Source: Lama guanicoe (lineage: Eukaryota). From it: a DNA stretch of 64,000 nt. Positions 1-13,300 of the stretch are shown here, one piece after another (the first letter of the stretch is position 1; each line of letters opens with the position of its first letter). The notes beneath the pieces were generated by a model, which was given only the letters and a program-made list of their open reading frames with translations, did not search any database and was not told the origin of the DNA. The stretch is taken from contig MU053881.1 of the NCBI GenBank assembly GCA_013239625.1, forward strand, positions 13,754,373-13,818,372, in the 5' to 3' direction. A program made the position numbers and the translations under genes.

Positions 1-2004
1 GATAGGGATTGCATTAAATCTGTAGATTGCCTTGGGCAGTGTGACCATTTTAACAATATTGATTCTTCCAATCCAAGAGCATGGAATATCTTTCCATTTT
101 TTAAAGTCTTCTTTAATTTCCTTCATCAATGGTTTATAGTTTTCTGTGTATAATTCTTTCACCTCCTTGGTTAGATTTATTCCCAGATATTTTATTACTT
201 TGGGTGCTATTTTAAAGGGGATTGTTTCTTTACTTTCTTTTTCTGTTGATTTATCGTTAGTGTAAAGAAAGGCAACTGATTTTTGAACATTAATTTTGTA
301 ACCTGCTACCTTGCTGAATTCTTCGATCAGCTCTAGTAGCTTTTTTGTGGACCTTTTAGGGTTTTCTATATATAGTAACATGTCGTCAGCATATAATGAC
401 ACTTTTACCTCTTCTTTTCCAATTTGGATCCCTTTTATTTCTTTCTCTTGCCTGATTGCTGTGGCTAGGACTTCCAGGACTATATTGAATAGGAGTGGTG
501 ATAGTGGGCATCCTTGTCTTGTCCCAGATTTTAGTGGGAAGCTTTTGAGTTTTTCACCGTTGAGAACTATGCTGGCTATAGGTTTGTCATATATAGCTTT
601 TATTATGTTGAGATATGTTCCCTCTATACCCACTTTGGCGAGAGTTTTTATCATAAATGGGTGTTGAATTTTATCAAATGCTTTTTCTGCATCGATTGAG
701 ATGATCATGTGGTTTTTGTCCTTTCTCTTGTTGATGTGATGTATTACATTGATTGATTTGCGTATGTTGAACCAGCCTTGTGTCCCTGGGATGAACCCCA
801 CTTGGTCATGATGTATAATCTTTTTTATGTGTTGTTGGATTCTATTTGCTAAAATTTTGGTGAGGATTTTGGCGTCTATGTTCATCAGTGATATTGGCCT
901 ATAATTCTCTTTTTTTGTAGTGTCTTTGCCTGGTTTTGGTATCAGGGTGATGGTGGCTTCATAGAATGAGTTTGGGAGTATTCCCTCCTTTTCAATCGTC
1001 TGGAAGAGTTTGAGAAGGACTGGTATGAGTTCTTCTTTGTATGTTTGGTAGAATTCCCCGGTGAAGCCGTCCGGTCCTGGACTTTTATTTGTAGGGAGGT
1101 TTTTAATTGCTATTTCTATTTCCTTTCTAGTGATCGGATTGTTCAAGTGTTCAGTTTCTTCTTGATTCAGTTTTGGTGGACAGTATGTTTCCAGAAACTT
1201 GTCCATCTCCTCTAGGTTATCCAGTTTGGTTCCATATAGTTTTTCATAATATTCTCGTATGATATTCTGTATTTCTATTTTGTTTGTTGTAATTTCTCCA
1301 TTTTCCTTTCTTATTTTGCTAATTTGTGCTCTCTCTTTTTTCTTCTTTGTGAGTTTGGCCAGAGGTTTGTCGATTTTATTTACTTTTTCAAAAAACCAGC
1401 TTTTGGTTTGGTTGATTTTTTCTATGGTCTTGTTAATCTCTATTGTATTTAATTCCTCTCTGATCTTTATTATTTCCTTCCTTCTGCTGCTTTTTGGGGC
1501 TTTTTGTTCTTCTTTTTCTAATTGATTCAGGTGGTGGGTTAACTTGTTTATTTGAGATTGTTCTTCTTTTTTGAGGAAGGCCTGTATCGCTATAAACTTC
1601 CCTCTTAGCACTGCCTTTGCTGTGTCCCATAGGTTTTGAGTGGTTGTGCTTTCATTATCATTTGTCTCAAGGTATTTTTTAATTTCAGCTTTGATTTCCT
1701 CATTGATCCATTGTTTTTTCAATAACATATTGTTTAATCTCCATGCTTTTCTTTTTTTCTCCTTTGTTTCTCTGTTGTTGATTTCCAGTTTCATGGCATT
1801 GTGGTCAGTAAAGATGCTTGAGATAATTTCTATCTTCTTAAATTTGTTGAGGTTTCTTTTGTGTCCAAGTACATGATCGATCCTGGAAAATGTTCCATGT
1901 GCACTTGAAAAGAATGTATATTCTATTTTTGGGGGGTGTAATGCTCTGAAAATATCCACCAAGTCTAGTTTTTCTATTGTAGTATTTAATTTCTCTGTTG
2001 CCTT
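1..2004 (-). mobile_element. Young LINE-1, 5'-truncated within the ORF2 endonuclease domain; continues past the left edge of the window
   Basis: Minus strand 2004->1 translates as L1 ORF2p with no stop found by manual translation: ...[20 protein letters not shown]...TDHNAMKL (EN), [53 protein letters not shown] (382-393), ...[13 protein letters not shown]. Homology stops abruptly at ~2004. Confidence 0.97.
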
Positions 2005-2072
2005 GACCCCTTTTACTTTTAGTTGCATTTTTACAACATTGTTTAGTTCCTGAGTTTTTGCTTGTTTTTTAT

Positions 2073-2210
2073 TCTTTATTAAGGTGTAATTGACATAACA
2101 TTGTATTAGTTTCATGTGTGCAACATAATGACTCAATATTTATATGTATTGCAAAATGATCACTGCAATAGGTCTGGTTAACATCCATCACACATAGTTA
2201 CATTTTTTAT
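2073..2210 (-). mobile_element. Short L1 3' terminal fragment (older subfamily)
   Basis: T-rich start followed by 'aattgacataacattgtattagtttcatgtgtgcaacataatgact...gttaacatccatcacacatagttac', the typical reverse complement of an L1M 3' end. Confidence 0.65.
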
Positions 2211-2219
2211 TGTAATGTC

Positions 2220-2312
2220 TCATTTTTATATGCAGAAACTGAAACACAGCAATGTTAGTGACTTGCTCAGGGTCATATAAACAGTTAATGGTAGAGCCGG
2301 GACTGACTTAAG
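2220..2312 (-). mobile_element. MIR SINE fragment
   Basis: MIR core-like 'catttttatatgcagaaactgaaacacag...gttagtgacttgctcagggtcat...agttaatggtagagccggga'. Confidence 0.65.
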
Positions 2313-3477
2313 CCAGAAAGTAAACCTAAATTTCTCTCTCTGAGCTGCACCTTTTAATCACAGATTGCATGTGAAGCTATTTTAAAATATTTTCCCCCAG
2401 TTCCATCATTGGCAAACCCAGCCACAGAGTCCAATTTGGATTCAAGAAGCCAGGACACTCAGCCTAGCTTAGTGTCTGAAAAGTTTTGCAACTTTGGGAA
2501 AAGAATTTCTCTGGGCCTTAGTTTTGTTATCCATGAGATGGAGAAGTCCTTGCCTGGTCTTTCAAATTTATTCTGATGTTGTGGAGAGCAATGAGAGAAA
2601 AGATACAAAAGCCATTTGGCAAAACATAAGTGACTTAAATAAATTGAGGGCATTTTTTTTATTAAAATTGCTGTAGGATAATATTAAACTTTTCCGGTAG
2701 ATTTATTAATTTTGGAAAAATAAATATATTTCCATGCATTTACCATTGTTCTAGGCTGAATGTTCTTTGAAGTGATTAAAGATTAGTCCTTTGAATTTTA
2801 TTAATGAGGCCTTTTTGATTTTCTGCCCACCTTTTATATATCTGGCTTGTGCAGAGTAAGCATAGAGGCAAGGAGGGGGGAGGTGGGGAGAGAGAGAGAA
2901 TGCCCTCTAGCAAGCCAGCCAAAATCTTGTCAGTGATGCCTTCTTGTTCTGGGCTGCCAGGAGCAGCAAGGCTCCCTAATTCCTCATTCAGATCCAGAAG
3001 GGGAGATGAGGATTGTATTTGTTTATTCCAAAAGCCCCCAACAAACCTTTCCTTTTTTTCAGTGGGCTCAGTTGATTTAGGCCTTCCATCCCTAAACCAA
3101 ACCCTGGCCAGAGGAGAGGAAGTAGCAAGACTGGCTGAGAGCTGTCAGGCCCGCAGCTGGACCGGGGATCAGTCTCCATTCTTGCTGCAAAGGGGTGGAG
3201 TGGATTCAGCTGTCACACCCACTGCAGGGAGCTAATGGGGAAAGATAAACGTCAGCTTTACCTGCCTGTACAAATCGGTGAATTTATATCTGCCCTCCCA
3301 CTTGTGGAATTTTAAAGTTGTAAGTGTCCTAGCAGTGGTTACGTTGTGTTACACACCTGATTGTGGGCCAGACATGGTGTCTGGCTCCTTAAATATCTTA
3401 TCTCAATCTTTAAACAAACCTTTCTGTGATGTAGAAACCTTTCTATGATGGTTCACTTTAAAGATGAGGTGATGAAA

Positions 3478-3572
3478 CTTCATTTTAAAGACCAGGGAAC
3501 TGAGGCTCAGCTGGGCCACAGAACTTGCCCCAGGTCACGTAGCTAAGCAGTAAAGAAGCTAGAATTCAAAGC
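3478..3572 (-). mobile_element. MIR SINE fragment
   Basis: 'cattttaaagaccagggaactgaggctcag...acttgccccaggtcacgtagctaag...gctagaattcaaa'. Confidence 0.65.
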
Positions 3573-4239
3573 TGAGTGGAAAACTCCTGTTTTCAAGACT
3601 TAATTAAGCATATAGATGTTCTTATCTACACTGAAATTGAAAGTGCTGTGCACAGAGATGATCTTCGCAGTGTAAATTCCTATTATCACCATCATCATAA
3701 TGAAGCTCTCTTTATAGACGCATTTAATTTGGGGAAAGAGGGACTTACTCCCGATAAATACATGAAGCTGGAAATAAAACTGGAAACTTAGTTGTTGCTG
3801 TTAGGTGCAAGCTCTTCCTTCACCAGTTTTTGCCAATCCTGTTGGCAAAAAACAAATGAAGTATTTTGAGTTACCTCTCGCCTCTGCCCACCATAAGGAT
3901 AAAGAACCAAACAAGGGCCCCCAAATTATGCATTAGGAAGAAATGTTATTCACAGTTTCTTTTCTCAGGCCTTTGAATAGTGAGGTCTCACCTTTACCTA
4001 GTTTCCTGGGAGACTGAAACTGGAGGATTCATGCAGGCAGCTCCCTGTCAACACCCCGTAGCAAAGAGAAGCCCGTCTTCACTCATTCCTTTTGTGAAAA
4101 GTGATCAAACGCTTGCTGTGTGTCATCCTCCGTCACCACTGCCAAGGCCGTTTAAGTTGTGAAAGGTTTACCTTCCCACACTCCTCCCGATCGTGACATT
4201 GCTCAAGTTCAGTTCCTTCCCCTGCTTACTTCTATAATA

Positions 4240-4412
4240 ATTAAAGTTACTATTCCATGAGTTAATCAAATAGGGCACTGTTTTAGGTGCTTTATGTGAA
4301 TTATCTCATTTAATCCTCACAACTGCCCAATAAGGCAGATACCCTTACACCTTTCTTACAGTTGAGAAAAACTGAAGCTCAGAAAGGTTAAGTTGCCCAA
4401 GATGACAAAGCT
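4240..4412 (-). mobile_element. MIR SINE fragment
   Basis: 'ggcactgttttaggtgctttatgtgaattatctcatttaatcctcacaac...ttacagttgagaaaaactgaagctcagaaaggttaagttgcccaagatgaca'. Confidence 0.75.
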
Positions 4413-5239
4413 CCATGACCTTACCTTTCACCCCAGCCCTCTTTGAACCCAAGCAGCCAGGCTTCAGAACCCGCTGACCCCTCAGCCCAAATAAAGGTGA
4501 ATGCTTACAGGTTTACCCTGGGAGTTCCTGCAGCCTCAAGGTGAAGAGTTTAGATATTTGTGGCAGCTAATTTTAAAGTCTGACCTCTCGTTTCACAAAG
4601 TGGCTCTCCCTAAAATGCAGTCAAGCCAAGGTTAGAAGGAACCGTCCAGAGGGAGAAGATATGGTACTTCAAGTTGTTTGACTTGGTACCTACTGACCAG
4701 GGTGCTGTGGAGACCTAGCGGCTCCCTCTGCTTTCCACTTCCTTTCCTCGGGCCCGAGAGGGCTGTGTTCCCTCTGGCCCCACCCGTATGTAGGCCAGGG
4801 CTCCCCTCATTCTCCCTCTCTGTGCTCAGCCCCGACCTCTGACCTGTCCCTGCGCCTGCCCCCGATCTTCCACTGCCCCTTCACCCCTATGGTGCACGCT
4901 CAGATCTCCTAAATGTCCTCTCAAAACAATAGGGAATTGCACTCTTTCAAGGGAACACGTGATAGGTGCTGGTGTTCCATCCGTCTTAAGTGTGATGACT
5001 CTGAAATCAGACTGTCCGCGTTCATATCTCAAACCCTTATTTTTTCATCGTGTCAATTTCAGCAAGCGACATAGGTTTTTCAGAGCCTCAGCTTGCTCCT
5101 CTATGAAGTGGGAGTTCATCAGAGTACCCAGCTCAAAAGACTGTGGTGAGGGAAAGATGCCATAATCCACGCGGCGCACTTGTAACTGTGCCCGAGGTGT
5201 AACATACAGGCCCACCTAGTGCTGACTGATGGTATTATC

Positions 5240-5500
5240 TGCTAATTCAACAGGTACTTCTTGAGTCCCTACCAAACATGCTCCTTACCCTCAGAGAGAC
5301 CATATCTTAAAGGGAAATTGCACCTTAAACAAATACCTGTAGGAATAATATATAATTATCAATGCATTAAAGGCAATGAGGGAAGTGTCTGCATTGCTGT
5401 GAGAGCATACGTCAGAGGACCTGATGGACTGAGGTGAGATCAAGGAAGACTTCCTGAAGGAAGGGACGTTTGAATGAGGTCTGAAAGAGGCAAGATGCAT
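5240..5500 (-). mobile_element. LINE-2 3' fragment
   Basis: 'attcaacaggtacttcttgagtccctac...caaggaagacttcctgaaggaagggacgtttgaatgaggtctgaaag', an L2-like motif set. Confidence 0.5.
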
Positions 5501-7953
5501 ACGAGTAAGGAAGGATAAATAGGGATCCTCCTAGTCCCAATTACCTGATGAAGCAAATGTTAGAAATTCCTTGATCCTGTTCAAACAGCTGTATAGTATT
5601 CAGTATCAGTCATGTTCAATTAAGAAATTGATGCTCAGACATACTTTTGTTGTAATTAGATGTCTGCTGTTCATATAGACATTTGTTCTGTAATCACACT
5701 GCTCTTGGCATTATTTATTTTGCCCTTATTGTATACAGTACACACTTTATCATAATGATGTCTTTTTAAATTACTGCTGTGCATTTTTTTAAGCACAGCT
5801 GCTAGGTCCAGAGCTAGTTACTAGTAAAGACATGTCGAAACTCCCACTCGCAGGACTGAGTAATCAGTGTGGAGCCATGTGCCCTCCCCATCAGCCTGCC
5901 TCTGTTCAAGAGATTCGTTTTAGTTAGCGCCACCCTCACGCCCCCTGCCATCCAAGAATGAAATGAAACTCTAAATCCGCAGAAGCAAGGGTCCCTGGCT
6001 GTGTGCCCTGCATCTCTATGGAGTTGAATGTGGTGCTTCTTTCTGCTACCTTTTGTTACATGTTCACGGGAGTCCTGCCCACATGGTCTGCATTAGGTCA
6101 GCTCTGTTCGTAGCCAAACTAAGTAAAAAAAAACCACAGGAGGCAGTGGGAAGGTTCTGCAGAAGGAGATGCATTAAAACTTACAGATGCATTAAAACAT
6201 TGGTCCCTTGTCTAAGGGGGACCGAAACCGAACTTTGACTTCTTTGCTTCCTAGCTGAAAGCTAAAAACAGATTGTAAGCTCCCTCTGACCCAGACCTAA
6301 GGTGGCGGGAGGTCTGGGACGTGCATACCTCTCCTCAGTTAGCTCATGGGACAAGGCTGCGGTCAGTTTTCAAAACCCAGAGCCAAGAGGAAGCTGTGAG
6401 TCTCCCGATGACCTGGGATGATTGGATCACAGCCTTTAAGTCAATCGTGACCTGCCGTTAAGTCCTGAAATTTGACCTGATCAACCACTACATTTATTAC
6501 TCACTCCCCTGGGTTTTGGAAGATTATGAAGAAGAGGGGTGTGTGGTGGGAAAAGCCATGCCTTTTTGCTCTTAGCGATGTGCACAGGCATCACCCTTGG
6601 CACTCTGTGTAAATCCCAGGGGAAAATGTAGCTCCTCTTCTGCTGAAGTTTACCCTTAATTCCCCTCCCTCTACCCCTACCCCTGTGCACCAGCACCATT
6701 TGACTGGAATGTCTCCAGCCGTGCAGAAAGAAACCAAAACAAATGTCCTCAATGGTGTTATTTTCAAATGGATTAGAGAATTGTGAGTTCCTAGTTACAT
6801 GGTGTGTATAAAAATCTCTAGCAAGTCATCACCCATATGCTTGGAGTTGAGATGAACCAGCTAATGAAAAGATTAGGTCAGCCGTCTCTCTCCAGCTTGA
6901 GACTTGAGTCAATAATTCAGATGAAAATTGAACCAGAACAAACCTTTACCTCTCGGGATATAAGCTCCCGGGTGCTAAACGTCTTTTTGAGTCACCGGGA
7001 TTCAGTACACAGATTCTCACATCTACCTCTGAAATGTGTCAGAATTGGTCTTTAGGCCTAGGTAGGATCCTTGTAAAACCTGGCTCCGTTCCACACATCC
7101 TGAGGATGTGTAATAATTTAAAGTGAGTCCTTCCTTCGGAGGAAAGAAATGTCCATTAAAATTATTGATTATTAATGTAGTTCCCTTTATTCTTTCCTCC
7201 TTCCAGGGATTTCAATATGATCTTAATTTTTTTTCCCAACTTTAGCTGAAAGTAGTGGCTTGTACTTGACTCAATTAAGAAGCAGAACCAAAAAAAAGTT
7301 TTACCAACCTTCTGAAAGTATTCAATTCATCATATATTTTATTAATTGTGCTTTATTATGGTTCAGTATATAGCAGTTCAAATGTCCTCTTCTTTCCCCC
7401 AAATTTAGCATTCATCCTTCCATCTCAATCCAAATATTATTTAAAAGTCGGTTGTCTGTGATTTACATATCATTCTCAACAAATTGCACACAAATTAACA
7501 CAAAAATAGAAAGTAGTAATTGTTCAAGAGAAATGAATTTGATTCTGTGAGAATAAGAGGCAGGGAAGAGATTAAGGCCCCAAAATTAGGACAGCTCCTT
7601 AAATTCAAGCACAGAAATCCTGCAGAAATTGGCGCAGCAAGGCCTCCCACGGTTAGAAGGACAAATCCCAGCCCCGGATCAGGATCACAGTTTGCGAGGG
7701 AGCTCCCACACTCAGGCTTTCTGGCTCGGTGCATTTTCCGTATTCATTATTCCTATGTTATGCCATACATTTTTTTTTAATCTGTTAAATCAGTTGGTAA
7801 TTATAGATTAAATAGAACTGGAAGTCAGACTTTTAAATTAAATTTGAAAGGAATTGGATGCATCAGCCTGTGGACTGAACCCTTAGATGTGATTTAGACC
7901 ACCAAAATGCTGTTTAAATTTTTGAATGTAAATGTCCTTCAGGCAGATCTGTC

Positions 7954-8080
7954 TTTTTTTTTTTTTTTCTTGGCAGCAGGGAGGTAATTAGTTTTGTTTA
8001 TTTATATGTAGGTACTGGGGATTGAACCCAGGACCTCGTGCATGCTAGACATGTGCTCTACCACTGAGCTACACCCTCCC
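7954..8080 (-). mobile_element. vic-1-type camelid SINE (tRNA-Ala derived)
   Basis: Reverse complement reads GGGAGGGTGTAGCTCAGTGGTAGAGCACATGTCTAGCATGCACGAGGTCCTGGGTTCAATCCCCAGTACC...AATTACCTCCC...poly(A); A-box and B-box plus A tail. Confidence 0.88.
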
Positions 8081-8802
8081 TGCCAGGCCTGTATTTTTTA
8101 GTTTGATTCACTACAGGGCCAGCCGCTTCCTCGTCTCCATGACGCCTGCTTCATGCTTTCATATGATTTCCTGAGCCAGACTTGAATGTATGATCCTGGA
8201 CTTGGTCTTACCTTCTCGGTAATTCAATTTAGCAAGTTTTATTTTGAATATTCTGTACCAACTGTGGTGTACAGTAGGGGCCGGACGTGGTAGTAGGGAC
8301 GTGTGCACAACAGGACACAGGCCGCACCCACGTGTTTGCCAGCATGAGGGAGATGAAGGTTGAGTGGGATGGTAGCAAGAGGGTTGACCCTGGTGGAAGG
8401 AGTTAGCAAAGACTTCCCTAAATCCACCTAGATTTTCTAGGAAAAAAACACCGAGGCCCAGAGTGAGCCAGGTCTACATCTGGCTCTCATTTCTGAAGTC
8501 AGCGTTCTTTCTACTCTGCTTGTGTCAGATGGGACAGGGACCCGTAGGTGAGGGACCAAAAAGAGCCAGAGCATCAGACCACTGCACAGCCCACGCTTGT
8601 TGAATGTCTGCATCCAGCTGGTCGTGTGTTGGTCAACGCTGTTATTAAAGCCATATCCTCCGGGGCCCTTTGGAGAAAGGAATCATACCCTTCCCCTTCT
8701 GCTCCTGAGATCTGCCTCTTACGTCCTCTGCGAGCTTCACTGTCACGTGAAACAAGAACGTAAACCCTCTGCAAGCTCGCTTGATTTATCCATGCGTCCA
8801 GG

Positions 8803-9252
8803 TGGATTTTTTAAATACATATTTTTATTGAATTAGAGTCAGTTTACAATGCTGTGTCAGTTTCTAGTGTATAGCACAGTGCTTCAGTCATACACGAACA
8901 TACATATATTTGTTTTCATATTTTTTCACCGTAGGTTACTATGAAATGTTGAGTATAGTTTCCTGTGCTGTCCAGTATAAACTTGTTGTTTATCTATTTT
9001 TATATAGATTAGTATCTGCAAATCTTGACATGATACTATGTATAGAAAACCCTGAAGGCTCCACACAGAGGCTATTAGAGCCGATTAAACAAACTCAGCA
9101 AGGTGCAGGATAAACATACAGATATCAGTGGCATTTCTTTACACTAACAACGAAATATCAGAAAAGGAAAGTAAAGAAACAATCCCTTTTAAAGTTGCAT
9201 CCAAAAAATAAAATGAAATACTTAGGAATAAATGTGATACATTGGATTTTTT
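8803..9252 (-). mobile_element. L1 insertion with 5' inversion: 3' UTR on - strand (~8815-9025) joined to an ORF2 RT fragment on + strand (~9026-9237)
   Basis: The 3' UTR resembles the L1 ends at 60418 and 53400-53670. The + segment reads DMILCIENPEGSTQRLLE..., homologous to 190-385 of this window. Flanked by the direct repeat 'tggatttttt' (8803-8812 and 9243-9252). Confidence 0.85.
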
Positions 9253-11772
9253 TGGTAGATGCCTGAGGCAGCATCTTGTGATGACCGTAGAGTCAGGGGA
9301 CCCAGCCATAAAGCACAAATGCATCGAAATGATCCCTTAACACAGAGTCCATTTACTAGGGAAACCTTGAGATGTGTGCTCACACGGTCTCCTCACGAGC
9401 ATGGAAAAATTGAAAATCAAAACGACAACTAAGTTGTTCATATCCTAAAGCCACTTCATAAGTGTTTTACCCCAGAGTGAAAATATTTAGTAGATGTGTA
9501 CACGGTTTGAGTCTGCAAACGGAAATTTAAATGATTGTTTTGCCATTTAACTGCCCGTGAACTTCTGGATTTGGGTGGGAAGAGCTGTTTACAGCATGCT
9601 GATAGTACCCACTCCTCATAACAAGGTGGTGAGATTTCAGACACTTACAATAGCTTCATAGAAGCAAAACAGGCAGGGTAAAAACAGTATCAGCCCTTTT
9701 ATTTTTCTACTGGCTTTTATTAAAGATGACCATCCTTCTGCAACTACCTGGTATTTCAGCAGGATTCTCTTCTTATTTATATTCCAGTTCTAAACTCCGC
9801 TCTGGTTACTATTTCTCCATTCAGTTCAGCAGAGGGATTCCAAAAGTCAAAGATTTTGACCTTCTCTTGCCTTCCTAGAACCCCCATGTGACACACTCTA
9901 GTTGGGTAAACTTTCTTTCACCTCTTAGAATGCTGAGTGCATGCTAGGTAAGTTCAGAGTGCTTTTCCCTTTGGAAAGAGCGCTCTGGATAGTCCCGGGT
10001 GGTTAACAGTTCATTGCCTTAGCATTTAAAGGTACTCAGGTCACAGTGTCAATTCATGGAAGACAAAACAAGGTCTCCTACCCACACACCAGTCATAGTA
10101 GTTGAAAATTGCAGAGTTAGGACTTCTTGGACTTTTTACAATTTCTTGCTCCTCTTTTGATGGTTATGAGTGGTGAACCGGAATTTAAAATAGCCCCGTT
10201 GCTCCTTTTCAAGATGAGCATGTGATGCTGCCGGGTCACTGAGGGGTGCAATTTGTTTCTCTATAAAAGACAATCAGACAAGGACATCTCTCTAGAACAT
10301 ATGCTTGTCACTGAAAAAGGTCCAGGACAGGAAGCCACAAACCTGAAACCAGTCCTGGAATTAGTTATTTGTCTTATAAAAAGAAGGTCCAGTCTTCATT
10401 GTGTCATGTTTAATCTTTCAAACAAAATGGAACTGGGTTAACCAAATGTGTTTCTCTTCTTTGGGGAAAAATTTTGGGTGGGGAACGGGAAGAAAGAAAA
10501 TAAGACCTCTTAATCCACATGTTTGACACGAGTTTGCCATTGTGAGAACAGTCAGCGCATGGGACGGTCTGGAAGAAGGTCCCAGAGAAGTCCATCCCCC
10601 TGCCTAACAGAACAGCCGCAACAGCGTTGCGAAAACTGCCCTTGTTCACAGAGGATCATTCATAGGAGGCTCCGAAGTGCTGGTGCAAATAAATCAGTCT
10701 GTCTCCCCAAATTTCAGCATTTCATTCTCAGTTGATAATAATCACAGTAATTCTAGGCAAAGCATAATTTCAATAGTAGATTGTTGAATGGAGAATAGGA
10801 GACATTTCTATTGGCATTAGCCAATAGGGCCTGTCCAAAAACCCTTGTTATCAAAAATGGATACTTGTGAGTTCAAAGTCGACTCTGGAAAGCAAGTAGT
10901 GTAGACCTTTGGACTAAATCAAGGCCTATAGCAAGCTCCTAGCAAACACAATTCATCTCCAGCAAATGACAATTTATTCATTAATCTCTCTCTTTCATCA
11001 ATCTCCCTTCATTCATTTTTGGTTTCCCTCTCTCTCTTGTTTTAATGACCATCAATAACATTCTCGTGGCTGTTTAAATCGGTGAAAATGCCAAGACAAA
11101 AAGGTTGATCGGAATATTGTTATGCTTTCCAGAGCAGCAGAGACTGCTACGTGGTCTCTCAGATGAGTTAAAGAGGAACTGTGTCCCGTTCACGTCCTAA
11201 CCAAAGAAGACACGGTTTAGTGGTTTCTCCTGTGTCTCCACGGCTCAGATGATGAGAAGGGCAATTAGGAAGGACATCTGGGCAAGTCTGGAAAGCTTGG
11301 GGTGGAGACACAATTGTAAAGTTTAGCTAAATTCGTGTGACAGTGTCTGTTCCTTCCACTTCCTGGAATCTCATCAGCTAGGGACAGCCCGGTACGGAGA
11401 AGGCATTCCGAGTCAGGACTTAGAATTGGAGAAAGTGTCCTGATGGCCAATTGCGCGGTTTCATCATAGGAGCAAGATGAAGTACTGCTTGTTAACTGCT
11501 ATCCCTAATTCTCAATGTTCTCATTGTTAAAATGAGAGTATTAATAGTAACAATGACTTCCTTATACATTATTGTCAAGATTAAACATTACAATTGTATA
11601 AGGGCTTTACCCAGTGCCTGCCTCCAGTACATAATGAATGGGCGTCACAGGTGTTCTCTGGCCATGATCGCTGCTTTTCAACTGGGTGGTGCGGACTGTG
11701 ATTAGAGCTTCAGCTTTCTCAGTGTTTCTCGAGGCCTCGGCTGCTGTTTTATGTAGTCCTAGCCCAGCAGAC

Positions 11773-11959
11773 CAGTCGTTCTCCAAATGTGGGTCTCAGC
11801 CCAGCAGCCCAGCATCACTTGGGAACTCGTTAGAAACGCAGATTATCGAGCCTCGTCCCAGACCTCCTGACTCAGGAATTCTGGAAGTCGGGCACAGAGG
11901 TCTGTGTTTTAATAAGGCTTCCAGGGAATTCTGATGCATATTAAAGTTTGGGAGCCACA
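11773..11959. mobile_element. MER5A-like hAT-Charlie DNA transposon
   Basis: ~190 bp; ends 'cagtcgttctccaaa' and 'tttgggagccac'; internal 'cagcatcacttgggaactcgttagaaacgcagatt...cccagacctcctgactcagg...ctgtgttttaataagg...ttctgatgca'. Confidence 0.85.
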
Positions 11960-12839
11960 AAAATTATCATGCCTACCATATATATATTATACCTGCCTAC
12001 TGTTACTCTACCCACCAAACCACCATCTGAGTCAAGTTTCCTTGGCTGATTTTAGGAGATTCTGGAGGCCATGTGGAATATTATTGCATTGAGATAATCA
12101 TCAACAGACAGGAATGACTGTACAATTTTATTACTTATTAGTAGTAAGAATTTAATTAACTCATGTCATTTTTTCTGAACTTCAGTTTCCTGTCCTTGTA
12201 AAAATGGAAATATAGCCTCTTCTGCAATAATGCAGTAGGTACATCCCTCAAAAAAACAAAACAAAAAAAAACTCGCATCCAAAATCATTGTCCCCCCCAA
12301 AAAAAAATTCAAAGGAGAAAATAAGGAAAGATAACTGCTGTTCAATTCCACATTCATAATTAAAAAGTTATTTTTCTTTAATTTAAACAATAAAAGTGAT
12401 TAAAAATAAACTCTACAGATAGTTAACTATTATAAGCTAACCATAATAAAGTGAGATTTTCCCTTTTTATCATTTGAAATATGTGTAAAAGAGCCTGTTG
12501 AAACACATATAGAAAGCCTTTACCTTTGACCCTTGCTCCCAACACAGTTCACATCCTTTGATGGGAAAAGAGTAGGAAAGAGGACAAGGGGAAAACAGGA
12601 AAGTGCAGCCGGTTGACCAGCCAGCCATGAACCTCGGAGCTGCTAGGTGCTTTTGGTCCCAGCCAGAAGGATTGAAACCCAACACTGTTCTGCATACTGA
12701 AGATTATATATCTCTTAACAGATTTCCCTACTTTCAATTTGAGTTGCGAAAACTTCTTACTACAGATGGAACATCTCAATTTCTTTCCTGCCCTCCCTAT
12801 GTTATAGGGTTGTTGAGATACGTAAATGAGATGAATTAT

Positions 12840-13300
12840 ATCTCAGTTCAGATTCTTGGAGTCTCAAGTAATAGAAAATTCAACTCATGCTTAAGCATAA
12901 AGAGAGAGAGAGAGAGAGATGTATTCTCTTGCTTAACATCAGCAAGTTAGTTGTGTCTAGATACAGACACGGCGTCATCAGGTCATGGATTCTCCATTTC
13001 TCCCAAGGGTGGCTCTTTTTCCAGTTAGAATCCGCTCTTGCAGTTGAAGCATCTTAAAACGATTCAGTAGATTCCAGGCCACATACTTCTAAGTACAAAT
13101 CCAGTGGAAGAGTTTGAGAGTCTTTCCTCTGGTGTGCCCATCTGAAGGCTCACTGGTCACGTGCCCATCACTGAAACCACCACCATGTCAGGATTGCTCT
13201 GACTGGCTCTCGGCGACACCAGCAGCACAGAAACTGAGTGGGGAAGTGGTGGTTCCTTAAATAGAATTGTTGCTAGTGGGGCTGATGAACATTGAAGCCA
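12840..13300 (-). mobile_element. Old MaLR solo LTR (MLT1-like)
   Basis: 'gtctcaagtaatagaaaattcaactca...ggtcacgtgcccatcactgaaaccacc...ctctgactggc...gggaagtggtggttcc' motifs typical of old MLT1 LTRs. Confidence 0.55.

Noticed and set aside
311..1876. Hydrophobic + strand ORFs (118, 88, 78 aa)
   Set aside because: Antisense translations of A-rich L1 ORF2, a well-known artefact.
5925..5952. CTCF-like motif (reverse complement TGGCAGGGGGCGTG)
   Set aside because: Lacks the 5' CC of the core consensus; too weak to call without a matrix scan.
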